Notes: generated by a model from the sequence alone, not told the origin. A DNA stretch of 55,071 nucleotides from Candidatus Pacearchaeota archaeon (GCA_016176815.1 JACOWL010000009.1:1-55071); one strand, 5' to 3'. Shown: positions 42,661-52,748, numbered from the stretch's first letter. Program-made: numbers and translations.

Positions 42661-43080
42661 ATGGAAAAATATAAAAAATCAGTCATTGCAATTTTAGTTA
42701 ATTCTAAAAAACAAATTCTTCTTCATCTTAGAGATGATAAACCCGGAATTCTCGCTCCTGGGTGTTGGGCATTTATTGGCGGTAGTGTCGAGGATGGAGA
42801 AAGTGAATTAGAGGGAATTAAAAGAGAAGTAAAAGAAGAAATAAATTATTCAATAAATAATTTTCAATATCTTGATAAATTTCATCTTAGAAAAGATGAC
42901 CTTAATGTTTTAGTTTATATTGGAAGACTAGATGTCCCAGAAGAGGAAATTAAACTTACTGAAGGTCAGTGCGTAAGATTTTTTTATCCGACTGAAATAA
43001 AGAACCTTAAAATGTCTAACGTTCTTAAGAAAGTAACTTTTAGAAATTTAAAGAAGATTATCTCTATAGCAAATAATTAA
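42661..43080 (+). CDS. Nudix hydrolase
   Basis: Nudix box 'GGSVEDGESELEGIKREVKEEINY'. Confidence 0.8.
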   Translation: MEKYKKSVIAILVNSKKQILLHLRDDKPGILAPGCWAFIGGSVEDGESELEGIKREVKEEINYSINNFQYLDKFHLRKDDLNVLVYIGRLDVPEEEIKLTEGQCVRFFYPTEIKNLKMSNVLKKVTFRNLKKIISIANN

Positions 43081-43246
43081 AAAATAAAAAACATATTTTT
43101 ATCAAACTTCAGAATATTGCGATTTAAGCGATGAAAAAGATGGTTTTTAATCACAGCAATATTTTTAAACAATTTTTGCCCAAAAATTAAGTTTATAAAT
43201 AAAAAATGAAAAATCATAAACTCTTTATTATAATTTTTTAAAGAAA

Positions 43247-44956
43247 ATGGCTGCAAAGAATAATCTTTTGGGAATTTGTGCTGGAGGTCCTAGCGGGGTT
43301 GCATTATTTCAAAATGAAAAATTAATATTAGCAGTCAATGAGGAAAGGTTTACTGGAATAAAATTAGATAGGGCTTATCCCCATAATTCAATAAATTGGT
43401 GTCTTAAAGAATCAGGATTGTTTCCTAAAGAGATAGACGCTATTTGTTATGGTTTTTCAAATGGAATTGAACAAGGAAATTTTGTGGCATCAATGATAAA
43501 AAGAATTTATGAATATTCTACGGACCCTAAATCTTTAAAAGCAATATGTGAAAGACTTAGCATCGAAGCTGAAGTTGATTCTAAAAAAAGAAAAAGTTTT
43601 TATGAAGAAACATCTAAAATATTTCCAGAAATTCCTATTTATTCTTGCTCTCATCATCAAGCGCATCAGGCCTGCGCATATATGGCCTCTCCTTTTAAGA
43701 AAGCGCTTGTAATAACTTCTGATGGAAGGGGAGATTTTGAATCATTTACAGTTAGCGCTGCTAATTCAAAAGGAATTAATAAAATTTATAGCGCTTTTAG
43801 TTGGGAAAGTTTAGGATATTTTTATGGACGAATAACTCATTTGTGCGGGTTCAAACCAGAACGGCACGAAGGAAAAATTCTCGGATTATCTGCGCACGGA
43901 AATCCAAAATTAGCAAAGCAGTTAGTAGATAAAATGGTAGAGGTTAAAGATGGAAAAATACATACTTTTCCAGGAGATTTTTATACGCCTTTTTTTACAA
44001 ACTATTCCAAACGATTAAAAAATGAAGCTTCTAAATTTTCTAAAGAAGATTTGGCAGCAGCCGCTCAACTAAAATTAGAGGATATTGTTTGCAAGATTGT
44101 TTCAAATAATATTCATAAAACTGGTTTGAAAAATATTTGTCTTGCCGGAGGCGTGTTTTCAAATGTAAGATTAAATCAGAAAATTAAAAATCTCCCGAAA
44201 GTTAATGATGTTTTTATTTATCCAAATATGGGAGATGATGGTCTATGTGCCGGAGCAGTCTATCATAAATTATTATATGAACATAAAACTCTTAGCAGCC
44301 CAATAAAATCTCTTTATCTTGGCCCTAAAATTTCTAATAATGCTCTTTTATCTACTTTGCGCAAAAAAGAATTTAAAGTTGAAAAACCTATCAATTTGCA
44401 TGAAGAGGTTGTCAAGCTTTTAGCTAAGGAAAAAGTAATAGCTTTAGTGCAGGGAAGAACAGAATTTGGGCCAAGAGCGTTGGGAAATCGAAGCATCTTA
44501 CTAACTCCCGATTCAAAATCTTTAAGTGACTCTTTAAATGCACGTTTAAATAGAAATGATTTTATGCCGTTTGCGCCGGTTATTGCTTCTAATCTTGCGG
44601 AACGTTGTCTTGTGAATTATTCTAAATCACAATTTTCAGCTCGTCATATGGTGATTACATATGATGTCTCTTCGGAATTTAAAAAAAATTCTCCGGCAGT
44701 AGTGCATGTCGACGGCAGTGTCCGCCCCCAAGTAGTTTTTAAGGAAGATAATTTCTTTTTATACGAATTATTAAATCATTGGTATAATAAAACAGGAAAA
44801 TTGTGTCTTATCAATACTTCATTTAACTTGCATGAAAATCCAATCGCTTCTCTGGAAAAAGATGTAATTCATAGTTTTGAATCAAATGCTGTTGATTGTC
44901 TTTTATTTCCGCCGTATATATCTTATCAAAAAGAAATGGAGTTGTCTCTTTATTAA
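43247..44956 (+). CDS. Carbamoyltransferase (NodU/CmcH/TobZ family)
   Basis: 'CSHHQAHQACAY', 'GRGDFESFT', 'GGVFSNVRLN', 'GPRALGNRSIL'. Confidence 0.85.
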   Translation: MAAKNNLLGICAGGPSGVALFQNEKLILAVNEERFTGIKLDRAYPHNSINWCLKESGLFPKEIDAICYGFSNGIEQGNFVASMIKRIYEYSTDPKSLKAICERLSIEAEVDSKKRKSFYEETSKIFPEIPIYSCSHHQAHQACAYMASPFKKALVITSDGRGDFESFTVSAANSKGINKIYSAFSWESLGYFYGRITHLCGFKPERHEGKILGLSAHGNPKLAKQLVDKMVEVKDGKIHTFPGDFYTPFFTNYSKRLKNEASKFSKEDLAAAAQLKLEDIVCKIVSNNIHKTGLKNICLAGGVFSNVRLNQKIKNLPKVNDVFIYPNMGDDGLCAGAVYHKLLYEHKTLSSPIKSLYLGPKISNNALLSTLRKKEFKVEKPINLHEEVVKLLAKEKVIALVQGRTEFGPRALGNRSILLTPDSKSLSDSLNARLNRNDFMPFAPVIASNLAERCLVNYSKSQFSARHMVITYDVSSEFKKNSPAVVHVDGSVRPQVVFKEDNFFLYELLNHWYNKTGKLCLINTSFNLHENPIASLEKDVIHSFESNAVDCLLFPPYISYQKEMELSLY

Positions 44957-44958
44957 AA

Positions 44959-46059
44959 ATGATCTGGAAAGTGCCGTATATAAATCTTGGAAAACAATTT
45001 AAAAATTTAGAAAAAGAATTAATTGTGGAATTTAAAAGGGTGATGAGTGAAGGAAGTTTTATTTTAAGACAAGATGTTAAAAGATTTGAAGAAAATTTAG
45101 CAAATTATTTAGGAGTTCGGGAAGTAATCGGAGTAAATAGCGGAACTGATGCGCTTTATCTTGCAATTGAAGCAATTGGAATAAATAAAAAAGATGAAAT
45201 TATTACTGTAGCTCATTCTTTTGTAGCGCCAATATCTGCAATAATTCGGCGAGGAGCAAAACCTATTTTTGTTGATATACAGAATGATTTTAATATGGAT
45301 GTTAGTCAAGTAGAAAAAAAAATTACCAATAAAACAAAAGCAATATTGCCTGTTCATTTAAATGGAAGATGTTGCGATATGGCTCCTCTAAATGAATTAT
45401 CTAAAAAATATAATCTTCCAATAATTGAAGACGCTGCTCAAGCTATTGGAGCAAAATATAATAAAAAAAGAGCAGGAAGTTTTGGGTTGGCAGGATGTTT
45501 TTCACTGCATCCAATGAAAACATTAAGTTGCGCAGGAGATGGGGGGGCTATTTCTACAAATGATGTTTATTTAGCGGAAAAATTAAGGGTTCTTAGGGAT
45601 CATGGGCAAAAAATAAAAGGAGAATTTTTAGGTGTTGGATATAATTCCCGTCTTGATAATTTACAAGCAGCAATATTAAATGTTAAATTTAAACATCTGG
45701 ATGAATATATAAAAAAAAGAAGAAAAATTGCTGAAATTTATAACGAAGAATTATCTTCACTGCCAATAATTCTTCCTCCTGCTCCTTCTAAAGAAAAATA
45801 TTTTGATACTTACACCTCTTATGTTATCAGAACAGATAAGCAGGAAAAATTAATTAAATTTTTAAGAGAAAATGGAATTGAAGTTTTTGTTCATGTAATT
45901 AAACCCTTGGATAAACATCAAGGATTGGGATTGGAACAAATAGTTTTGCCTAAAAATGAATTAATTTGTTCTCAGAATGTTTCTATTCCAATATATCCTG
46001 AAATGGAAAAAAGGCAAATTAAAGAAGTAATAGATAATCTTAAAAAATTTTATAAATAG
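44959..46059 (+). CDS. DegT-family sugar aminotransferase (third copy)
   Basis: 'NSGTDALYLA', 'DEIITVAHSF', 'FSLHPMKTLS'. Start moved to the ATG at 44959, just after the carbamoyltransferase stop. Confidence 0.85.
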   Translation: MIWKVPYINLGKQFKNLEKELIVEFKRVMSEGSFILRQDVKRFEENLANYLGVREVIGVNSGTDALYLAIEAIGINKKDEIITVAHSFVAPISAIIRRGAKPIFVDIQNDFNMDVSQVEKKITNKTKAILPVHLNGRCCDMAPLNELSKKYNLPIIEDAAQAIGAKYNKKRAGSFGLAGCFSLHPMKTLSCAGDGGAISTNDVYLAEKLRVLRDHGQKIKGEFLGVGYNSRLDNLQAAILNVKFKHLDEYIKKRRKIAEIYNEELSSLPIILPPAPSKEKYFDTYTSYVIRTDKQEKLIKFLRENGIEVFVHVIKPLDKHQGLGLEQIVLPKNELICSQNVSIPIYPEMEKRQIKEVIDNLKKFYK

Positions 46060-46087
46060 ATTATTCTGATGAATAAAATGATCAAAG

Positions 46088-47512
46088 ATGAATAAAGAAA
46101 AAGTAATGTTAATGTATCCCAATTTTAAATGGACTGATTGGAAAGAAGGAACCGCTTGGTCTCCTCAGCCTGCTAATTTATGTATTCTTGCAAAAACAAT
46201 TGAGCATAAATATGATGTAAGTATTTTTGATGGAAATTTAGAAGATACTTCAAAAGAAGAGTTTTATAATATAATAAAAAGAGAAAACCCCAGTATACTT
46301 GGAATATCTGTTCTTACAAATGAGTATGGTATTGCGGGCTCTGTAGGGGCAGGAATTGCAAAAAAAGTTAATCCTAATATTAAGATAGTTATGGGGGGAG
46401 TTCATCCAACATCATTACCAAATATTGTCGCTGGGGATTCCAATATTGATTATGCCTTTATTGGAGAAGGTGAAGAAATCTTTGGAGATTTTTGCGATTT
46501 TCTGACTGGAAAAGGAAATATTCCATCAAAAGGTTTAGCTTTTAAAAAAGATGGAAGAATAATAAATACTGGAAGAACAGATTTTATTAAAGATTTGGAT
46601 AAAATTCCTTTTCCTGCATATCATCTGGTCGATTTTATGCGTTATGCCACAAGAGTAGAAAGGGAAGAAGTTGGACAGGCAACTGAAATGCCCTATGCCC
46701 ATGTGCTGACCTCAAGAGGATGTCCTTATGGTTGCTGTTTTTGTGAGGTTGAAAATATTTCTGGAAGAAGACCAAGACTTAGAAGTGTTGAAAATGTTAT
46801 TAGTGAAATAGAAAGATTAATTGGAGATTATGGTATAAAAACAATCCTCTTTGACGATGATAATCTTCTTATAAATAAAAAAAGAGCAAAAGATTTATTT
46901 CAGATAATGATTAATAGAAAATACAATTTAAAATGGAACGCGGGGTCTTTATCTTTATTTAGATTAGATGAAGAACTGATAGAATTAATGGAAGGAAGCG
47001 GGTGTTCTTTTGTCTCTTGTGCATTTGAAAGTGGAGTTCAAAAAACTTTAGACGAAATTATTCATAAACCTCTTCAATTAGATCATGCAAAAAAAATGAT
47101 AAAAAAATTAAAAACTACATCTATTTTTTTATCTTCTGCATGGATTATTGGATTTCCAAATGAATCTTGGGACGATATAAGAGAAACAATTAGATTCGCT
47201 GAAGAAATGGATTTAGATTATGTTAAAATAAATATTGCAACCCCTCTTCCAAATACAGAACTATATTATCAAGCAAAAGAAAAGGATTATCTTGTTGATG
47301 GATTTAGGTTTGATAGACATCTTTGGTCAGATGGCTGGATAAAAACAAAAGAATTTAGTCCAAAATCTTTGAAGATTTTAAGGGCATATGAATGGGATAG
47401 AATAAATTTCACAAATCCAGATAAAAGAGAAAAAATAATAAAAAGAATGAACATTACCGAAGAAAGATTAAATGAAATAAGAAAAAATACCATAAAAAAC
47501 GCACACGAATAA
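46088..47512 (+). CDS. B12-binding-domain radical SAM enzyme (class B, methyltransferase-like)
   Basis: N-terminal 'LGISVLTNEY...VMGGVHPT'. 'CPYGCCFC' CX3CX2C motif. Confidence 0.75.
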   Translation: MNKEKVMLMYPNFKWTDWKEGTAWSPQPANLCILAKTIEHKYDVSIFDGNLEDTSKEEFYNIIKRENPSILGISVLTNEYGIAGSVGAGIAKKVNPNIKIVMGGVHPTSLPNIVAGDSNIDYAFIGEGEEIFGDFCDFLTGKGNIPSKGLAFKKDGRIINTGRTDFIKDLDKIPFPAYHLVDFMRYATRVEREEVGQATEMPYAHVLTSRGCPYGCCFCEVENISGRRPRLRSVENVISEIERLIGDYGIKTILFDDDNLLINKKRAKDLFQIMINRKYNLKWNAGSLSLFRLDEELIELMEGSGCSFVSCAFESGVQKTLDEIIHKPLQLDHAKKMIKKLKTTSIFLSSAWIIGFPNESWDDIRETIRFAEEMDLDYVKINIATPLPNTELYYQAKEKDYLVDGFRFDRHLWSDGWIKTKEFSPKSLKILRAYEWDRINFTNPDKREKIIKRMNITEERLNEIRKNTIKNAHE

Positions 47513-47514
47513 AA

Positions 47515-48129
47515 ATGATTTATCAATATAAAAATATAAAAATGCATTATGAACCAAATCTTGACGGAGGAGGGAGAGAATGCTATCCTGAATTTTTAAG
47601 AATAATAAAAGAAAAAATAGGAAAGGTAAATAGCGCATTTGAATTTTGCGCTGGAACAGCTTTTATTGGTTTTTCATTATTAGCAGATAAAATTTGTGAA
47701 AAATTAACATTAGCAGATATAGAAAAAGAGTCTGTTGAATGTTGCAACAAAACTATAAAAGAAAATAATTTAGAAGATAGAGTATTTGCATATCATTCTA
47801 ATTGTTTAAAACAAATACCGAATCAAAAATGGGATTTAGTAGTTGGCAATCCTCCTCACTTTTCAGAACCTCAAGCCAATCTGCCCCAAACAACTATAAT
47901 CAATGTAGATAAAAATTGGGATATTCATAGAAGTTTTTATACAAATGTTAGCAAATATTTAAAACCAAATGGTTCAATACTTCTTGTGGAAAATGGTCGA
48001 GGTTCTAGCCCAGAAGTTTTTTATGATATGATTGAAAAAAATGGATTAAGGGTTGCAGACGTCATTAAATGTAATTTAAATAGACCTTCAAAATTTTATT
48101 TTATGCTGGTTCAGAAAAATAAATTATAA
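47515..48129 (+). CDS. Class I SAM-dependent methyltransferase with an NPPH/NPPY-type motif
   Basis: 'FEFCAGTAFIG', 'VVGNPPHF'. Confidence 0.65.
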   Translation: MIYQYKNIKMHYEPNLDGGGRECYPEFLRIIKEKIGKVNSAFEFCAGTAFIGFSLLADKICEKLTLADIEKESVECCNKTIKENNLEDRVFAYHSNCLKQIPNQKWDLVVGNPPHFSEPQANLPQTTIINVDKNWDIHRSFYTNVSKYLKPNGSILLVENGRGSSPEVFYDMIEKNGLRVADVIKCNLNRPSKFYFMLVQKNKL

Positions 48130-48156
48130 TAACAAAAATATTTTTTATTTATTTTG
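48043..48156 (+). repeat. Copy 1 of a ~110-bp repeat (3' end of the methyltransferase gene plus downstream flank)
   Basis: Aligns by eye at roughly 85-90% with 50483-50589. Confidence 0.8.
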
Positions 48157-48267
48157 AGATACAAATCTTTATTGAAAGGTTAGTTTAGTGTCGAATTTTA
48201 CTAATCGCCTTCTTCTATAAAACGATTTATTCCTTTCAGAGCCCCCTCTATAATCTTTCTTTTGAAG

Positions 48268-48798
48268 TTACTTTTTTTCTAATAAATATTCTTTTCCTAA
48301 ATTAACCACTTCTGTTAAATTTCTAACATTTTTGAAATTAGCACCCCCGAAGTAAGAACCCTTAAGGTAGGCCCCCTCGAAGTTAGCGCCCTCTAAGTTA
48401 GCACTCCTGAAGTTAGCAATCCAGAGATCAGCATTAACGAAGCAAGCGTCCTTGAGATTAGCCCCCTTGAAGTTAACATTTCCGAGGTTAGCGCTCTCGA
48501 AGTTAGCGCCATCAAATTTAGCGCTCTCGAAGTTAGCGCCTCGGAGATTGACATTTCTTCCAACTGTGAAGGGCAAATATAATTCTCTTGCTCTTAAATA
48601 TCGAAATTGGGAATTACTAATATCAACAGGCGTCTTTTGTAAATCTTGTGTTTTCAAATATGTTTTTAATTCTTGAAATGATCCATGCCCGCTTAAATCA
48701 AATCTTTCTTCAAGAAATATTTTAGAAAAATCTCTTTCTCCACCTAATAGTTTTACTATAAATTCTTCTCCTGAAACTTTGGTTAAAATTTCTGCCAT
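48268..48798 (-). CDS. Pentapeptide-repeat protein
   Basis: 'GANFESAKFDGANFESANLGNVNFKGANLKDACFVNADLWIANFRSANLEGANFEGAYLKGSYFGGANF'. Start moved to the internal 'MAEILTK', because the upstream 39 codons look like AT-rich promoter sequence. Locally GC-rich. Confidence 0.8.
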   Translation of the reverse strand: MAEILTKVSGEEFIVKLLGGERDFSKIFLEERFDLSGHGSFQELKTYLKTQDLQKTPVDISNSQFRYLRARELYLPFTVGRNVNLRGANFESAKFDGANFESANLGNVNFKGANLKDACFVNADLWIANFRSANLEGANFEGAYLKGSYFGGANFKNVRNLTEVVNLGKEYLLEKK

Positions 48799-49094
48799 AA
48801 TTTTCAAAAAACAAATGACATTTAAAAATTTATATATATTCTGATATTGTAAAATTAAAGCAATATAATTGTTTCTGACAAAGATAATTAAACCCCGTAA
48901 TTTATTTCTTTTCAACGGTAAAATTATCTCTGTTACTTCACTTATAGACGAGAAACTAAGTCCAAAATGATTAACACGCCCATTTTAAACTCCTTGCTGT
49001 AAGATTATAATTGTAAATGTAACATAATTACGATTAAGCGCAATTCAAATAAAAATTCGAAAGATATAAATATACTATTTTATTAAAAATTCTA

Positions 49095-50489
49095 ATGGTT
49101 GAAGAGAATAATAAAATGGTAATAAATGGTGCAGGACATCTCTCCTTAGGGATTTCAGATTTAGATAAAAATAAATCAGTTTCCCCAACATCTAAATCTA
49201 AAAAAATTGTGTTTGCGACGATGCCAAATGATAAATGCCCTAAAGACTGGAGGGCTCCAGATTATTATAAAACTGTAATAGATCCAGCAAAACATATGCC
49301 TTTAGGACTTTTATCTTTAGCTACAAATCTTAGACCGGGACATGAAGTAAAAATCGTAGACGCAAGAAGCGATCGATTCACACTTGAAGAGACTATTCAG
49401 CGTATTGAGCAAGAAAAACCAGATGTCTTAGGAATTACTGCCCAGAGCATGAGAGCTTATGCTTTAAAAGAAATTCTTCAAAAAACTAGTGTACCTTATA
49501 AAGTTGTGGTTGGAGGTCATGCAAATGAACATCCTGAATTAATTTTAAGTCAGGGAGCAGATGCAGTTTTAGTTGGGCAACTCGTTGACGTAGAATTTAG
49601 AGATGCAGTAGAGACAATGCCAAAAGGAATTATAGTATGCAACAAGACAAAATTTGAAGATATAAAATTCCCCGATAGAACTTTTGTGGATGATTATAAA
49701 ACTTATTATCCGAAAGATTTTGTTTTTTTCAAAACTAAAAATAGATTGCATATGATCAGTAGTGTTGGATGCTATCAACATTGTAATTTTTGTTACATGC
49801 CATTTCATAAGATGAAAAGAAAAACCCCCTCAGCGACTGTTGATGAAATGCAGCATTTATATAATCTTGGCGCAAGGAGTGTTCATATTCTGGATGACAA
49901 CTTTTGCGTTAGCGCAGGATGGCTTAATCAAGTATTGGATGAGATGGATAAAAGGAATTTTGAAGTAGAATGGAGCGGTAGAGGAGAGATAAGGATGGAT
50001 GACGCCTTAGCAAAAAGAATGTATGAGCATGGTTTTAAGAGAATTCATGCAGGAATTGAATCACTAGATGATAATGTATTAACAAATTTTTTCCAAAAAA
50101 ATTCGTCTGAAAAAAGAATTTATGAGTTTTGTAATACTATGAATAAAAATAATATTGATGTGCTTGGATTTTTCATTGTTGGAACCCCTCTAGAAACAGA
50201 TGAATATTTAAATGCTTTGCCGGGAAAAATTAAAGAATTAGGAATAAAACATCCGTATATTCAAATTCTTTCTCCAACTCCTCATACAAAATATTATCGA
50301 GACTTGGTAGCGCAAGGGATATTCAAAAAAGATTTTTGGGCAGAATATTTTAAGAATCCAGTTCCAGATTTCCAGATACCTTCTCCCCATTCTATAGAAA
50401 GATTAATGGAATTAAGAGATTATGTTGATAGTATAGAAAAAGGATATGTGTTGGAAAATGTGGATGGGGATTATGCCTCTGTGGATTAA
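49095..50489 (+). CDS. B12-binding-domain radical SAM enzyme (second copy)
   Basis: 'LGITAQSMRAY...VVGGHANEHP', 'CYQHCNFC'. Confidence 0.75.
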   Translation: MVEENNKMVINGAGHLSLGISDLDKNKSVSPTSKSKKIVFATMPNDKCPKDWRAPDYYKTVIDPAKHMPLGLLSLATNLRPGHEVKIVDARSDRFTLEETIQRIEQEKPDVLGITAQSMRAYALKEILQKTSVPYKVVVGGHANEHPELILSQGADAVLVGQLVDVEFRDAVETMPKGIIVCNKTKFEDIKFPDRTFVDDYKTYYPKDFVFFKTKNRLHMISSVGCYQHCNFCYMPFHKMKRKTPSATVDEMQHLYNLGARSVHILDDNFCVSAGWLNQVLDEMDKRNFEVEWSGRGEIRMDDALAKRMYEHGFKRIHAGIESLDDNVLTNFFQKNSSEKRIYEFCNTMNKNNIDVLGFFIVGTPLETDEYLNALPGKIKELGIKHPYIQILSPTPHTKYYRDLVAQGIFKKDFWAEYFKNPVPDFQIPSPHSIERLMELRDYVDSIEKGYVLENVDGDYASVD

Positions 50490-50589
50490 GAATTGCAGAT
50501 GTTCTTAAGTGTAATTTAAACAGGCCTTCAAAATTTTATTTTATGTTGGTTAAGAAAAATAATAAAAAAAATATTTTTTATTTATTTTG
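50483..50589 (+). repeat. Copy 2 of the ~110-bp repeat: orphan remnant of a methyltransferase 3' end
   Basis: Would encode GLRIADVLKCNLNRPSKFYFMLVKKN, compared with GLRVADVIKCNLNRPSKFYFMLVQKN in 47515..48129. Confidence 0.8.
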
Positions 50590-51537
50590 TTTGCCTTTGA
50601 TAAATCCATTTATAGCGCCGATTGTCTGGATCATCAATATAAATATTCCGATGAATGGATATAAAAATAAACCCGGAAGCCATTTTGTTCTGATAAAAGG
50701 ATAAATAGTTTGCATTATTGAAGCAAGAAAAAATGGCAAAAGAAAAAATAAACTTATTATTGGATTAATAAACAAACTAATTAAAAATCCAAGCAGAAAT
50801 AAAATGCGTATTTCAAAATCAAATAACCCTATTCTTCTAAGCAGACCGTATTCTCTTTTAATAGCTCCATGCGCCTCGCCATAACGCTGTTCTTTTTTTA
50901 GCGCGCTTGAAAACTTGCTGTTTTTATCATAATGCACATGAATAATTTTATCTTCTACGCGTTCTAATTTATATCCCTGTTTTTTTATTCTAACATGCAT
51001 ATCACAATCTTCTCCTGCAAACGCGTAATTTTTGGGATTGAAAAGACCAACTTTATCAAATACTTCTTTTTTGTAATTTCCTCCGCCATATTGTGGTTTT
51101 GAAATATGCCTGAATGTAAGCAACCTTATAAGGAAAGGATATTTTTGCCAGGCTTTCACAGGCCAGACAATAGGAGAGACAACACATCCTATTTTATCGT
51201 CTGAATAAAGTTTTTTTATGACGTTGCTGAGCCAACTTTTATTTTCAGGAAAATAATCTCTGCAAAGAATTGAGACAACTTGTGTTTTTGAAGCTTTGAT
51301 GCCTAAATTGAGGCTCTCTGAAATTCCTTTGTTTATCGGATTATTTATTAATTTAATTTTATTAGCTTTAATGAATTTAAGCATTGAATCCGAAGGTTTT
51401 GAATTTGGATTGTCATTAACGACGATGATTTCCATTTTAGGATAATCCTGTTTAAGAATATGCCTTAGAGCTTCTTCACTTTTGTCAATCTCAAATGTAG
51501 GCATGATTATTGTAACGGAGATTTTTTTGTTTGTCAT
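50578..51537 (-). CDS. Family 2 glycosyltransferase with a C-terminal TM region
   Basis: 'VTIIMPTF', 'VNDNPNS', 'AGEDCDMHVR'. Confidence 0.75.
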   Translation of the reverse strand: MTNKKISVTIIMPTFEIDKSEEALRHILKQDYPKMEIIVVNDNPNSKPSDSMLKFIKANKIKLINNPINKGISESLNLGIKASKTQVVSILCRDYFPENKSWLSNVIKKLYSDDKIGCVVSPIVWPVKAWQKYPFLIRLLTFRHISKPQYGGGNYKKEVFDKVGLFNPKNYAFAGEDCDMHVRIKKQGYKLERVEDKIIHVHYDKNSKFSSALKKEQRYGEAHGAIKREYGLLRRIGLFDFEIRILFLLGFLISLFINPIISLFFLLPFFLASIMQTIYPFIRTKWLPGLFLYPFIGIFILMIQTIGAINGFIKGKQNK

Positions 51538-51613
51538 TATATTAATTAAAGGATATCCAAGCTTTTAAGTTTGGTGGGAATTGCCACATCTCATTAAATT
51601 TAATTCTGAAATT

Positions 51614-51640
51614 ACTCGTCGCAAGGCGACTCGGATTTTT
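51614..51640 (+). other. GC-rich hairpin ACTCGTCGC-AAG-GCGACTCGGATTTTTT; same family as 22461-22490
   Basis: Shared flanks CTCG.../...CTCGGATTT. One stem pair differs compensatorily (C:G versus T:A). Confidence 0.5.
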
Positions 51641-51996
51641 TAATAAATGGGTAAAACCGCTTTTTAATGATAAATTGGTTTAACATTTTACTGGATTAAT
51701 TAAGCTCCTTAGAGTTAGTGGCGACGACAATTTCCCTAAAATTTTTCCTTGACAAATGTCTGGAAAAATTCAAATTAATTCTGCGAATGAAATGAGCAGG
51801 TATTTGTTTGCTATTATCCAGATTTTTTAATAATTTATTATCCGCAAAAGTTTTTCTTATCCCCAATTTTTTTAGTTTTAACATTTTTTTAATGTCTCGC
51901 CCATTTGAGCGGGATTATTTCTCTTTGATTAATTTCATTATAGTTTAAAAATTTAATTACAATAAAAATTATAAATCCTCTTTTCCAGCTTAAAAC

Positions 51997-52719
51997 ATGA
52001 TAGATATAGTTACAGGAAGAAGTAAAAAATTGCAGTTTTTTATTAATTTGATTCCAAAAAATTTTAGATTAATTTTTAATCCAAACAGGCGATGCATTGA
52101 AAAGTTTATTGAGAGAAGCGCCAAAAAAATGGAAAAAGGCGCTAAAATTTTAGATGCAGGAGCGGGGCCCTGTCCATATAAAAAATTATTTTCACATTGC
52201 GATTATGAAGCAACTGATTTTATAGATAAGTATAAAATTCTTGATTTTGTATGTCAGTTAGATAATATTCCTAAAAAGAAAGAGAGTTATGACGCTATAC
52301 TCTGCACAGAAGTTTTAGAGCATGTAGAATATCCTCAAAAAGTTCTTAATGAACTTTATAGGGTATTAAAAAAAGATGGAAAATTATTTTTGACTCTTCC
52401 GCAAGGATGGATGATTCATCAGGAGCCTTATAACTTTTATTATTTTACTAAATACGGGCTTGCAAGTTTATTAAAAAATTCAGGATTTAAGGAATTTAAA
52501 ATCATTCCAAAAGGAGGATATTTTTGGTTTTTAGCAGACGCTATTAGATTTAATGGAATTGCTCAGCAATATAAAAAATATCCTTTGATATATTATCCCT
52601 TAAAAATTTTAGGATTTCCTTTTACTTCAATAATATTTCCATTTATTTTATTTTACTTGGATTTTTTAGACAAAGAAAAGAAATGGACAATGGGTTATGT
52701 AATTGAAGCTAAAAAATAA
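51997..52719 (+). CDS. Class I SAM-dependent methyltransferase with a C-terminal hydrophobic tail
   Basis: 'ILDAGAGPCPY', 'DAILCTEVLEHV', 'LKKDGKLFLT'. Confidence 0.75.
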   Translation: MIDIVTGRSKKLQFFINLIPKNFRLIFNPNRRCIEKFIERSAKKMEKGAKILDAGAGPCPYKKLFSHCDYEATDFIDKYKILDFVCQLDNIPKKKESYDAILCTEVLEHVEYPQKVLNELYRVLKKDGKLFLTLPQGWMIHQEPYNFYYFTKYGLASLLKNSGFKEFKIIPKGGYFWFLADAIRFNGIAQQYKKYPLIYYPLKILGFPFTSIIFPFILFYLDFLDKEKKWTMGYVIEAKK

Positions 52720-52748
52720 ACGATATAAAATCAATTAGAATAATTTTT

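Noticed and set aside
48300-48560. Periodic 15-nt repeats (GAAGTTAGCGC...) as a possible repeat element
   Set aside because: They are simply the coding periodicity of the pentapeptide repeats on the opposite strand.
48799-48915. N-terminal 39 codons of the pentapeptide ORF as given in the track, and similarly 44896..44958 for the third DegT gene and 20653..20691 for S4
   Set aside because: The upstream extensions are AT-rich, promoter-like or overlap the preceding gene. Internal ATGs give N-termini that match the family patterns.
51696-51884. 62-aa minus-strand ORF in the divergent spacer
   Set aside because: It has no recognisable motif, is basic and low-complexity, and lies in a region with hairpin elements. 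It is more likely non-coding or regulatory. It was left unannotated, but the spacer is flagged under the hairpin finding.
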